This document shows positions 16,969-27,176 of a stretch of 64,000 nt of DNA, piece after piece. The stretch spans positions 73,034-137,033 of the forward strand of contig JAXLRB010000002.1 in the NCBI GenBank assembly GCA_046331325.1. The letters are read 5' to 3'. The stretch is from Vicinamibacterales bacterium (GTDB lineage Bacteria > Acidobacteriota > Vicinamibacteria > Vicinamibacterales > UBA2999). A model generated the notes under the pieces. That model searched no databases. It was given only the letters and a program-made list of their open reading frames with translations, and had not been told where the DNA came from. Every line of letters starts with the position of its first letter. The first letter of the stretch is position 1. The position numbers and the translations under genes are program-made.

Positions 16969-19317
16969 ATGTTCCGCGTCATTCGTACGTTCAGCCGCGC
17001 GCCGGCGGCGCCTGGCTTGGCCGTGGGATCACTGGCGCTCGCGCTCGCCCTTGCGACGGCGATGTTCGCCGTGGTCGACGCGGTGGTTTGGCGGCCCATC
17101 CCTGTGCCGGCTGCTGGTCGCCTCGCCGAGTTGTGGGTGAGGGACTCGGAAGGCCGTGACCGCCGCGTCCGATCGCCGCTTCGGGACGGCCTGCTCAAGG
17201 ACGGGCTGCCATTCGCGGACGTGGAGGGCTACGCCTTCGGGAGCGCCGTGCTCGGCGATGCCGAGGAGCCGACGGTGATTGCGACGGCCACCGCCACCGC
17301 TGGCCTGATGTCCCGCCTGGGCATCACTCTGTTGGCCGGGAGGCCATTTCGCCCAGACGACGCCGGAGCGACCGTGCCAGTCATTTTGGTGCGAGAGTCC
17401 CTGTGGCGGGCCCGGTTTGGCGGCAGCTCCGACCTGTCGGCCCTGCGGGTGTTGCTCGACGGCGTACGCCACGAAGTCGTAGGCGTCGTTCCAGATGCCG
17501 CGAAGTTTCCGGAGTCGCAGACTGCCGTGTGGAAGGTCGCGACTCCGGGTGGCCCCCTGCAACTACTGGCCGTCGTTCGCACTGACGTCGCATTGGATAG
17601 CCTTGGCGTCCGCCTTGCGGCAATGGATGCGTCCTGGCGGCAAAGCGGTGACCTGGGAGAGGGCGAGTCGCTCGTGGCCAAGCGGCCGATTCAGGAACGC
17701 CTAACTGACAGATTCCGCGTACCGCTCTTCACGATGTTCGCCGCCACGTTGCTGGTGCTGCTTGGTGCCGTGACCAACGCCGTGACGTTACTCCTCATCC
17801 GAACGGGCGAGCGTCAAGCCGAGTTCGCGACGCGCCTGACCCTGGGTCTGAGTCGCCCGAGACTGTTCCTGAGCCAAGCGCTGGAAGGCGGCCTCCTTGG
17901 CGCGTCGAGCTGGACACTCGGCGCACTGTTCGCGTCCGGTGCGATGGCCGTCGCTGCCAGCATCCAGCCACCAGAAATGAACTTCGTGACCGGTGCTCGC
18001 GCGGCCGTCAACGTGCGACTGCTTGCTTTTCTGACGGTCACCGGATTCACGGCCTTCGCGGCGATGGCGCTCGCGCCGGCATGGCGCGCCTCGCGCGTCG
18101 GCGTCGAACGCGCGCTCACCGCAGGGTCTCGCGGCAACGGACCGAGCGATGCGGGCTGGACTTCGGCTCTCGTGTGCCTGCAAGTCGCCGTGACCGTGCT
18201 CGTGCTGGTGACGGCCTCCGTCCTCACCACCAGCTTTGTTCGACAGGTGAGTGCGGACCGAGGGTTCGACCCGGCCGGACTGACAACTGTGGACGTCAGC
18301 TTTCAGTCCGATCGTTACGCTCAGCCCCGCGTGGCGCTCGAGCTGTTGCGAGACGTGGACCTCGAGGTGGAGCGGGCGTTCCCAGGCATCGCATCGACGA
18401 TTGCTGTGGGCCTGCCGCCGGCCGGAGGCATTCCGATGGCCGTCGACACCCTGCAGATTGCCGGCGAGGCGACGCCCAGTGCCCTCCCACCGCAGATCCC
18501 CTACACCGAGGCGGATCCCGACTTCTTCGTCACGATGGGCATTCCACTGGTAGAAGGCCACACGTTCACTACCCAAGCCACGGACGAGATCGTGGTCAAC
18601 GAGGTCATGGCACGCCGCTACTGGCCTCGCCGGACGGCCGTTGGACAACGCGTTCGCTTTGGCGACGACCAGCCATGGCGAACCATCGTGGGCGTCGCCA
18701 AGGACGTCAGGCACGTGACGATCGCCGACGAGTTGGGGCAAGGCATCGAGGTCTACTTTCCGTTCGCGGCGGATCAGGGACTCGGCCTGGCAACGCTCGC
18801 GCTGCGTGGACCCGACAGTGCCTCGGCAGCGGCGATGATTCGGGCGCGCTTGCGGGCGGCCGACCCGGACCTGCCCTTGACCGCCGACACGATGGCGAAT
18901 CGGCTCGCCGCGGCGCTCTGGCCACAGCGATTCTTCGTGCGCATCGCGGTGACGTTCGCGGTGGCCGCGGCCGCGGTCACAGCTTTGGGCATCTACGTGG
19001 TCGCCGCCTACCGTGTGCGGCAGCGTCGGCACGAGATGGCAGTGCGAATAGCGGTTGGCGCGACCGCTATCAGCGTCGCGGCTCTCGTGGTGCGACGCGC
19101 GCTGCTGCCTGTCGCGTTCGGCTCGGGCCTTGGAGCAGTCGCTGCTATTGGGGCGCGGCCGCTGATCGAGTCGCTGCTCTTCGAGACCAGCAGTGGCGAC
19201 CCGGTCGTGATCGCAGGAGTCTCAGTCACACTGTTCGTGGTCGTTGCCGTGGGAACGCTTCGCCCGGCACTCCGCGCTGCGAGCACCGACCCGAACTCGC
19301 TACTCAAATCGGAGTAG
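16969..19317 (+). CDS. ADOP-family (acidobacterial duplicated orphan permease) MacB/FtsX-type ABC permease
   Basis: ATG at 16969 (MFRVIRTFSRAPAAPGLAVGSLAL) within track ORF 16729..19317. 782 aa with two FtsX-like four-helix modules separated by large periplasmic domains. Confidence 0.8.
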   Translation: MFRVIRTFSRAPAAPGLAVGSLALALALATAMFAVVDAVVWRPIPVPAAGRLAELWVRDSEGRDRRVRSPLRDGLLKDGLPFADVEGYAFGSAVLGDAEEPTVIATATATAGLMSRLGITLLAGRPFRPDDAGATVPVILVRESLWRARFGGSSDLSALRVLLDGVRHEVVGVVPDAAKFPESQTAVWKVATPGGPLQLLAVVRTDVALDSLGVRLAAMDASWRQSGDLGEGESLVAKRPIQERLTDRFRVPLFTMFAATLLVLLGAVTNAVTLLLIRTGERQAEFATRLTLGLSRPRLFLSQALEGGLLGASSWTLGALFASGAMAVAASIQPPEMNFVTGARAAVNVRLLAFLTVTGFTAFAAMALAPAWRASRVGVERALTAGSRGNGPSDAGWTSALVCLQVAVTVLVLVTASVLTTSFVRQVSADRGFDPAGLTTVDVSFQSDRYAQPRVALELLRDVDLEVERAFPGIASTIAVGLPPAGGIPMAVDTLQIAGEATPSALPPQIPYTEADPDFFVTMGIPLVEGHTFTTQATDEIVVNEVMARRYWPRRTAVGQRVRFGDDQPWRTIVGVAKDVRHVTIADELGQGIEVYFPFAADQGLGLATLALRGPDSASAAAMIRARLRAADPDLPLTADTMANRLAAALWPQRFFVRIAVTFAVAAAAVTALGIYVVAAYRVRQRRHEMAVRIAVGATAISVAALVVRRALLPVAFGSGLGAVAAIGARPLIESLLFETSSGDPVVIAGVSVTLFVVVAVGTLRPALRAASTDPNSLLKSE

Positions 19318-19400
19318 CCGCCCGCCACATGCAATCGAGACGCGTCGAGGGCAATGCGCGGCCGGGACACGCGCGTTGAAAGCTACCGTCTCACTTGCCA

Positions 19401-19616
19401 GGGGACTCGTGCCCGAAGACCGAGCGCGGAGCGCGCCGGCCGAGCACCTGAGTGCCCCTGACGCACCAACAGAAAAGGCCCCGCACGCGGGGCCTTGATC
19501 GGCGTGGCTGGCGCCGGACTCGTGTCCGAAGGCCAAGCGCGAAGCGCGCCGGCCGAGCACCTGAGTTCCTCTGACGCACCAACAGAAAAGGCCCCGCCAG
19601 CGGGGCCTTGATCTGT
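19401..19616. repeat. composite structured repeat, copy B (two tandem ~105-nt subunits, downstream of ADOP gene, abutting tRNA-Leu)
   Basis: The subunits at 19401-19507 and 19508-19616 share GGACTCGTG(C/T)CCGAAG(A/G)CC(G/A)AGCGCG(G/A)AGCGCGCCGGCCGAGCACCTGAGT...CACCAACAGAAAAGGCCCCGC-N2-GCGGGGCCTTGATC. Confidence 0.85.
19584..19607 (-). terminator. rho-independent terminator of tRNA-Leu
   Basis: The minus strand reads GGCCCCGCTGGCGGGGCC followed by TTTTCTGTT. A second equivalent hairpin lies at 19477-19494. Confidence 0.7.
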
Positions 19617-19703
19617 TGGTGCGGAAGGGGGGACTCGAACCCCCACGGTATTGCTACCGCCAGCCCCTCAAGCTGGTGCGTCTGCCAATTCCGCCACTTC
19701 CGC
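19617..19703 (-). tRNA. tRNA-Leu (anticodon GAG)
   Basis: 87 nt. Acceptor GCGGAAG/CTTCCGC, anticodon arm CCAGC-TTGAGGG-GCTGG, long variable arm, T arm GGGGG-TTCGAGT-CCCCC, encoded CCA. Confidence 0.95.
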
Positions 19704-19791
19704 GAAGAGGGCTGCTGTGGGCGGCGTCGCCGACGCCCGCAGGAATTTCCGATTCTACCAGACCCCGGGCGCCAGGCGCCACGGAATCCCC

Positions 19792-21165
19792 TTACTGCTC
19801 GCGCACGTACCAGATCGACCCGGGCGAGTCGTAATTCAGGCCCTCGCCCCACACGCCGTGCGTGCGGCCGTTGCCGTCGATCGCGAGTTCCCAGTAATCG
19901 CCGTAGGGATACGCGAAGCCGTTGGCCTGGATGTAGCTGAAGCCGGTGATGAACGTGGAGAGGTCGCGCTCTGCCGTCCATGTAGCGCCGCCAGTGGTCG
20001 ACGTGCGGTACCAGGTGTTCCAGAGCGTGCCGGCGCGGCTGTCCATCCACGCGATGCGGACGTCGCCCGCGGTGCCGGCGACGATGGCGGGGAAGGCGTG
20101 CGCGCTGCCGGCCGGCGCGGTCGACACCTCGGCGCGCGCGGTCCACGCGACGCCGTTGTTGGTCGACTTCGCGAAGTAGATGCGGTTCGCGCCCTGCGCC
20201 ACCGCGTTCGCGTTCCACAGCGCGTAAAGCGTGCCGGCGGTGTCGGAGGCCAGCGTGAGCTGCGCGCCCAGGTAGGCCCACCCGCACGCGTACGCGGAGC
20301 AGTCGGGCGGCGCGGCCGACGTGTCGAGCGTGCGCGTGGTCCACGTGGCGCCGCCATCGCTCGACGACGACACGAACAGGTTCACGTTGCCGGTGGCGCC
20401 GCCGTTACGCTCGTAGCCCGCCCAGCCGAAGTGCGCCGTGCCGTTCGGCGTCACCGTGCCGCCGCCCACCAGCGCCCATCCGAGCTTGCCGTTCTTGTCG
20501 ATGCGCGTCTGCGTGAAGGTCTGGCCGCCGTCGTGCGACGCCGCCACCCACGCCTGCTGCGTGTGGTTGAAGGCCACGTAGACGTGCGGCCCGCGCACTG
20601 CGAGGATCGGCTTGTCGGTGCCGGCGTTGGTCGACTCGGCCAGCACCACGGTCCATGTCTGTCCGAAGGTCGTCGACTTCGCGACGACGGTGTCGCTCTT
20701 GCCGTTCTGCAGCCACGACGCGTAGACGGTCTGGCCGTCCACCGGGTCGACGACGATCTGCGCGTCCCACTGGCCGGAGCCGGGCGCCGCGATCTGCATG
20801 GGCGCGCCGAAGGTGACGCCGCCGTCGGCGCTCACCTGCAGGATCATCGTCGGACTCGGGCAGGCGGGGCAGCCGGGCACGCCGCCATACTGCGGCGCCA
20901 GCACGTAGACGTGATTGAAGCGGTCGGCGGCGATCGCCGGTTCCCACTGATCGCCGGCGGTGTAGCCGAGGCGCGTCTGTGCGGTGAAACCGCCCGGCGG
21001 CTGCACGAGCTCGCCGGTGACGACGCCGCTGTCGGGCATGGCCGCCACCACCGAGGGATCGACGCGATCCCGCAGACGCTTCTTCGAGGGAGCCTCGCCG
21101 TATGGCGTGGCGCAGGCGGGCAGGACGACGGCCGCGACCAGGGCGGCGACAAAGCGGGACACCAT
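19792..21165 (-). CDS. BNR/Asp-box repeat (sialidase-like beta-propeller) lipoprotein
   Basis: Start MVSRFVAALVAAVVLPAC (lipobox) at 21165 after GAGGAGGG. Asp-box motifs are SADGGVTF, STTFGQTW, SHDGGQTF, SSDGGATW and STNNGVAW. The track ORF to 22062 is over-extended. Confidence 0.8.
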   Translation of the reverse strand: MVSRFVAALVAAVVLPACATPYGEAPSKKRLRDRVDPSVVAAMPDSGVVTGELVQPPGGFTAQTRLGYTAGDQWEPAIAADRFNHVYVLAPQYGGVPGCPACPSPTMILQVSADGGVTFGAPMQIAAPGSGQWDAQIVVDPVDGQTVYASWLQNGKSDTVVAKSTTFGQTWTVVLAESTNAGTDKPILAVRGPHVYVAFNHTQQAWVAASHDGGQTFTQTRIDKNGKLGWALVGGGTVTPNGTAHFGWAGYERNGGATGNVNLFVSSSSDGGATWTTRTLDTSAAPPDCSAYACGWAYLGAQLTLASDTAGTLYALWNANAVAQGANRIYFAKSTNNGVAWTARAEVSTAPAGSAHAFPAIVAGTAGDVRIAWMDSRAGTLWNTWYRTSTTGGATWTAERDLSTFITGFSYIQANGFAYPYGDYWELAIDGNGRTHGVWGEGLNYDSPGSIWYVREQ

Positions 21166-21206
21166 GGACCCTCCTCGGACGCCCGCCCTGTGCGGGGCGG
21201 GAAAAC

Positions 21207-21611
21207 CTACTTCTTCTCGGGTGCGGGCGTCGTGGTCGGCGCCGGCGTCGTGGCCGGAGCAGGCGTGGCCGCGGCGGGCGTGGGCGTCGTGGTCGCGGGC
21301 TGCGCCGGGATGTCGGTGGCGCCGGCCGGCAGGCTCACCGGCGCCGGGCCTTCCACACCGCCGACGACCGAGCTCGTGCCGCGCGAACCCCACACCGCGA
21401 GCAGCAGCGCGAGACCCATGAAGGCCACGGTGAGACCCGCCGTGATCTTGGTGAGCAGCGTGGCCGCCGTGCGGGCGCCGAACGCGGCCTGGCTGCCGCC
21501 GCCGCCGAAGGCATTGGCGATGTCGCCGCCCTTGCCCTGCTGCAGCAGGATCACCACCATCAGCACCAGGCAGGCGACGACGTAAAGCGAGACGAAGAGG
21601 TAATAAAGCAT
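21207..21611 (-). CDS. secG: preprotein translocase subunit SecG with Pro/Thr/Ala-rich C-terminal tail
   Basis: MLYYLFVSLYVVACLVLMVVILLQQGKGGD...FGG is the canonical SecG N-terminus. It lies downstream of tpiA as in many bacteria. The tail is PAQPATTTPTPAAATPAPATTPAPTTTPAPEKK. Confidence 0.85.
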   Translation of the reverse strand: MLYYLFVSLYVVACLVLMVVILLQQGKGGDIANAFGGGGSQAAFGARTAATLLTKITAGLTVAFMGLALLLAVWGSRGTSSVVGGVEGPAPVSLPAGATDIPAQPATTTPTPAAATPAPATTPAPTTTPAPEKK

Positions 21612-21662
21612 CTGAAGACTCGGGCCTCTGGCGAGAGGCGCAAACCCCAAGTATAGACCGGC

Positions 21663-22436
21663 TCACCCCCGTGCGGGGGAAGCAACTCCGGCCCGGACGA
21701 TGCGGGCGAAGCCGGCCACGTCGAGGCTGGCGCCGCCCACGAGCGCGCCGTCGATGTCCTGTTGCGACAACAGGTTGGCGGCGTTGTCGGGCTTCACGCT
21801 GCCGCCGTACAGGATGCGGCAGCGCTCGGCGGCGTCGGCGCCGAACCACGACCGCAGGCGGCCGCGGATGTGGGCATGGGCTTCCTGGGCCTGGTCCGGC
21901 GTGGCGTTGCGGCCGGTGCCGATGGCCCACACGGGCTCGTAGGCCACGACCAGCGTGGTCACCTGGTCGGGGGTGAGGCCGTCGAGGCCGCGCTGCAGCT
22001 GCAGGTCGAGCACCTCGAGCGTCTGGCCGGCGTCGCGCTGCGCCAGCGTCTCGCCCACGCACACGATGGCATCCAGGCCGGCGGCGATGGCCGCCATCAG
22101 CTTCCTGTTCACCGTCTGGTCGGTCTCGCCGAAGAGCGTGCGGCGTTCCGAGTGGCCGAGGATCACGTACTCGGCGCCGGCCTCGCGCACCATCGCGGCG
22201 CTGACCTCGCCGGTGAAGGCGCCCTCGCGTTCCCAGTGGCAGTTCTGGCCGGCGACGGCGATGTTGCTGTTGCGCGCGGCTTCGGCCGCCGCGTGCAGCG
22301 CCGTGGCGGTGGGCGCGACGACGATGTCGACGCCCTGCACGTCCTTCACCTCGGCGCGCAGTTCCTTCACGTGCACGACGGCCTCGTGCACGGTCTTGAA
22401 CATCTTCCAGTTGCCGGCGATGAGCGGTTGCCGCAT
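21663..22436 (-). CDS. tpiA: triosephosphate isomerase
   Basis: 257-aa ORF with MRQPLIAGNWKM, GHSERR and YEPVWAIGTG motifs. Confidence 0.95.
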   Translation of the reverse strand: MRQPLIAGNWKMFKTVHEAVVHVKELRAEVKDVQGVDIVVAPTATALHAAAEAARNSNIAVAGQNCHWEREGAFTGEVSAAMVREAGAEYVILGHSERRTLFGETDQTVNRKLMAAIAAGLDAIVCVGETLAQRDAGQTLEVLDLQLQRGLDGLTPDQVTTLVVAYEPVWAIGTGRNATPDQAQEAHAHIRGRLRSWFGADAAERCRILYGGSVKPDNAANLLSQQDIDGALVGGASLDVAGFARIVRAGVASPARG

Positions 22437-22487
22437 GGCTGGCCCTCCCTAGCCGCTAGCCCCCAGCCGCTAGCCGCTGACTCGTCC

Positions 22488-23690
22488 CTACGAGTTCTTG
22501 TCGGGCAGAGCGGCGACGCCCGGTAGCGTCTGGCCGCCGAGGAACTCGAGCGAGGCGCCGCCGCCGGTGCTGATGTGCGTGATCTTCGACGCCACGCCGG
22601 CCTTGTTCACGGCCGCCACCGAGTCGCCGCCGCCGATGATCGTCGTGCCCTGCACGCGGGCGACGGCCTCGGCCACGCCCATCGTGCCCTTCGCGAACGG
22701 CTCCATCTCGAACACGCCCATCGGGCCGTTCCACACCACGGTCTTCGCGCCACCGATGATCGACGCGTAGAGCGCGGTCGTCTCGGGCCCGATGTCGAGG
22801 CCCATGCGATCGCCCAGCTCGTGGTCCGACACCTGAAGCACCGCGGTCGCCGCCGAGGCGTCGAGCTTCTCGGCCACCACGTGATCCACCGGCAGCGTGA
22901 GCTCCACGCCGCGGGCCTTGGCGGCCTCCACGATGCGCAGCGCCTCGGCCAGCTTGTCGTCCTCGACGAGCGACTTGCCGACCGGCAGTCCCAGCGCCTT
23001 GAAGAACGTGTAGGCCATGGCGCCGCCGATGAGCAGGTGGTCGACCTTGGCGAGCAGGTTCTCGATCACCTCGATCTTGTCCGACACCTTGGCGCCGCCG
23101 ATGATGGCGACGAACGGCCGCTCGGGTTCGCCGAGCGCCATGCCGAGGTAGGTGAGTTCCTTCTCCATCAGCAGGCCGGCGCCGGCGGCGGCGAACGGGC
23201 CCACCATGCCGGCCACCGACGCGTGGGCGCGGTGCGCGGCGCCGAACGCGTCATCGACGTAGACGTCGGCGAGCGTGGCGAGTGCGGTGGCGAACGCCGG
23301 GTCGTTCTTCTCTTCCTCGGCGTGGAAGCGCAGGTTCTCGAGCAGCACCACACGCGATCCGCCGGGCGCTTCGCTCTTCGCGATGGCGGCGCGAGCCGGC
23401 TCGCCGATGCAGTCGCTGGCGAACACCACCTCGACGCCGAGCAGCGACGACAGGTGGGCCGCCACCGGCTGCAGGCTGTACTCGGGCGCGACCTTGCCCT
23501 TCGGACGGCCGAGATGCGACGCCAGGATCACGGTGCAGCCGTGATCGAGGGCGAAGCGGATCGTCGGCAGCGCGGCGGTGATGCGCGTGTCGTCGGTGAT
23601 GACGCCGTTCTTCAGCGGGACGTTGAAGTCCACGCGCAGGAAGACGCGGCGGTCGTCGAGGGGCAGGTCGCGGATCGAGTACTTCGTCAT
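22488..23690 (-). CDS. pgk: phosphoglycerate kinase
   Basis: 400-aa ORF with [15 protein letters not shown] and WNGPMGVFE motifs. Confidence 0.95.
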   Translation of the reverse strand: MTKYSIRDLPLDDRRVFLRVDFNVPLKNGVITDDTRITAALPTIRFALDHGCTVILASHLGRPKGKVAPEYSLQPVAAHLSSLLGVEVVFASDCIGEPARAAIAKSEAPGGSRVVLLENLRFHAEEEKNDPAFATALATLADVYVDDAFGAAHRAHASVAGMVGPFAAAGAGLLMEKELTYLGMALGEPERPFVAIIGGAKVSDKIEVIENLLAKVDHLLIGGAMAYTFFKALGLPVGKSLVEDDKLAEALRIVEAAKARGVELTLPVDHVVAEKLDASAATAVLQVSDHELGDRMGLDIGPETTALYASIIGGAKTVVWNGPMGVFEMEPFAKGTMGVAEAVARVQGTTIIGGGDSVAAVNKAGVASKITHISTGGGASLEFLGGQTLPGVAALPDKNS

Positions 23691-23700
23691 GGCCGGCGTC

Positions 23701-24792
<1,092 letters not shown>

Positions 24793-24857
24793 TCAAACCC
24801 GGCCGGAGCGCGAAAACCTCGCCTAAGCTGCGTAATATGAACGAGTTGCGAGCATAA

Positions 24858-26182
24858 ATGTACGCGCTCTACACGGCCGTCATCCTGTTGGTCGCCGTGG
24901 TGGCCTCGCCCTGGTTGTTCTACCAGGCGGTGCGCCACCGCAAGTACGTCGACAGCCTCGGACAGCGTTTCGGCGCGCTGCCCGTGTCGTTCAACGTCGA
25001 CGGCGAGGCCTCGATCTGGATCCACGCGGTGTCGGTGGGCGAGCTGCTCACGGCGCGGCCGCTCATCGAGGCGCTGCGTGAACGGCATCCGGCCCTGCGC
25101 CTCTTCGTCTCGACCACGACGCGGGCGGCGCAGGATCTCGCCCGCAAGATGCCGAACATCGACGGCGTCTTCTACTTCCCGTTCGATCTCGGCTTCGTCG
25201 TGCGGCGCACGCTGGACCTGGTGCGGCCGAAGCTCTTCCTGACGATGGAAACCGAGATCTGGCCGAACCTGCTGCGCGAGTGCCGCGCCCGCGGCATCCG
25301 CACGGCGATCGTCAACGGCCGGTTGTCGTCGCGATCGTTCCCGCGCTACCGCCTGGCGCGCGGCTTCTTTCAGCAGGTGCTGGCCGACGTCGACCGCATC
25401 TGCGCGCAGAGCGAGGAATCGGCCCGTCGCTTCGTCGAGATCGGCGCCGCGGCGGATCGCGTCAGCGTCACCGGCAGCCTGAAGTTCGATTCGCTCGAAC
25501 CGGCCGGCGCCGCTCGCAAGGAACGCGTGCTGCGCTACCTGCGTTTCGCGCCGACGCGTCCGGTGTGGGTGGCGGGCAGCACGATGAAGGGCGAAGAGGC
25601 GATGGTGCTGCGCGTGTTCCGCCGCCTCAAGTCGGCGCAGCCCACCGCGGTGCTGGTGCTGGCGCCGCGGCATCCCGAGCGCTTCGCCGAGGCGGTCACG
25701 CTGGCCGAGCAGGAAGGCTTCCGCACGGTGCGACGCTCCGATCTCCCGATCGACGCCGAGCCGCGGGCCGATGTGATCGTGCTCGACACGATCGGCGAGC
25801 TGGCCACCGTGTATCAGGTGGGCCAGGTGGTGTTCGTCGGCGGCAGCCTCGTGCCCACCGGCGGGCACAACGTGCTCGAGCCGGCGATCTACGGGCGTCC
25901 CGTGGTGTTCGGGCCGCACATGCAGAACTTCGCCGAGATCGCCGCCGCGTTCGTTGCCAACGACGCCGGTGTGCAGGTGGCCTCGGATGCCGCGTTCGAG
26001 GACGCGATCCTGAGCCTGATGAACGATCCGGTGCGGCGCGCGAAGCCTGCGCGGCGGCGCGCGCGCTGGTCGAGGCCAACCGCGGCGCCAAAACGCGCAC
26101 GCTCGAGGTGCTCGACGCGCTGCTGCCGCCGCCCCGCGCGCTGCCCGCCAACGTGCGGCCGTTCCGGCTGCCGGGGTCGTAG
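24858..26182 (+). CDS. waaA: 3-deoxy-D-manno-octulosonic acid (Kdo) transferase, with apparent 1-nt deletion near 26040-26052
   Basis: N-terminal TM helix and IWIHAVSVGE motif in the frame of 24858. The conserved C-terminus AAARALVEANRGAKTRTLEVL... and stop at 26182 are in the -1 frame (track ORF 25280..26182). Confidence 0.8.
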
Positions 26183-26186
26183 GCCG

Positions 26187-27176
26187 TTGCTGCACACGCT
26201 CTACGGACGGGTCGCGCTGGCGCGACGGGCGTGGTACGAGCGCCCCGGTGCGCGTCGTCATCTGGCGCGGCCGGTGATCAGCGTCGGGAATCTCAGCGTC
26301 GGCGGTACCGGCAAGACGCCGCTCGTGGCCGCGATCGCGGCGTGGCTCGTCAGCGAGGGCGAGCGTCCGGCGATTCTGTCGCGCGGCTACGCCCGTACGA
26401 TCGCCGAGTCCGCGCCCACCGTCGTCTCGAATGGACGCGAAGTGCGCGTGGACGTGGCGCGCGCCGGCGACGAGCCGCTGATGCTGGCCCGCGCGGTGCC
26501 CGGAGCGGCCGTGGTCGTCGCCGCGGATCGTCACGCCGCCGGCATCCTCGCCGAGGAGGCGCTGGGCGCCACGGTGCACGTGCTCGACGACGGCTTCCAG
26601 CACCTCGCCCTGGCCCGCGATCTCGACGTCGTGGTCACGCCCGCCGGCGCCATCGCCACCGACGCGGTGCTGCCGAAGGGGCGCCTGCGCGAGCCGGTGG
26701 CGGCCTTGTCGCGTGCCGGGGTACTGGTCGTGGTGGGCGCGACCGACGACGAGGCGCAGGCCGAGGCCCGGCACTACGGCGTGCCGCTCGGCCTCGCCGC
26801 GACCCGACGCCTGACGGCGCCGATCGCCGTGCACGGCGCCGAGCCGGCGCCGGGCGCGCGTGTCGTCGCCATGGCCGGCATCGGCCAGCCGGCGCAGTTC
26901 GCCGAGGCGCTGCGCGCCGCCGGCTACGACGTCGTCGACACGTGCGCCTTCCGCGACCACCACTGGTACACCGCCGCGGATCTCGAGGACGTGGCGCGGC
27001 GTGCGCGATCCGCCGGCGCGACGGTGGTGGCCACGACGGACAAGGACGCCGTGCGCCTGGAAGGACTCCCGTGGCCGACGGATGTCGCGCTGGCCCGCTG
27101 GCCGATGACGCTCGACCTGCCGCGATTCGACACGCTCACCGCGGCGATCCGCCAGGCGATGCGGAGGCCGGCGTGA
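26187..27176 (+). CDS. lpxK: tetraacyldisaccharide 4'-kinase
   Basis: TTG at 26187, then LHTLYGRVALARRAWYE...PVISVGNLSVGGTGKTP (P-loop). In the track it is fused in-frame to the out-of-frame tail of waaA. Confidence 0.85.
   Translation: MLHTLYGRVALARRAWYERPGARRHLARPVISVGNLSVGGTGKTPLVAAIAAWLVSEGERPAILSRGYARTIAESAPTVVSNGREVRVDVARAGDEPLMLARAVPGAAVVVAADRHAAGILAEEALGATVHVLDDGFQHLALARDLDVVVTPAGAIATDAVLPKGRLREPVAALSRAGVLVVVGATDDEAQAEARHYGVPLGLAATRRLTAPIAVHGAEPAPGARVVAMAGIGQPAQFAEALRAAGYDVVDTCAFRDHHWYTAADLEDVARRARSAGATVVATTDKDAVRLEGLPWPTDVALARWPMTLDLPRFDTLTAAIRQAMRRPA

Noticed and set aside
19505-19582. 78-nt repeat unit ending in CCA as a tRNA gene or pseudogene.
   Set aside because: Acceptor-like pairing exists. 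However, the interior folds into a 10-bp triloop hairpin and a tetraloop mini-hairpin. There is no D arm, no 7-nt anticodon loop and no T-loop consensus.
16635-19616. The repeats as a CRISPR array, integron attC sites or a tRNA-targeted genomic island.
   Set aside because: Only two repeat blocks occur, separated by a 2.6-kb gene. There are no short unique spacers, no cas, intI, integrase or transposase genes, and no R'/R'' attC core motifs that I could recognise. The tRNA 3' end itself is not duplicated.
19792-22062. 756-aa minus-strand ORF spanning the BNR protein, secG and part of tpiA.
   Set aside because: It is an out-of-frame read-through. The real BNR lipoprotein starts at 21165 with an SD and a lipobox, and secG and tpiA are in other frames.
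24858-27176. 772-aa ORF read as a genuine WaaA-LpxK fusion protein.
   Set aside because: The linker (PARRRARWSRPTAAPKRARSRCSTRCCRRPARCPP...) looks out-of-frame. The -1 frame restores the conserved WaaA C-terminus with its own stop at 26182, and LpxK has a TTG start at 26187.
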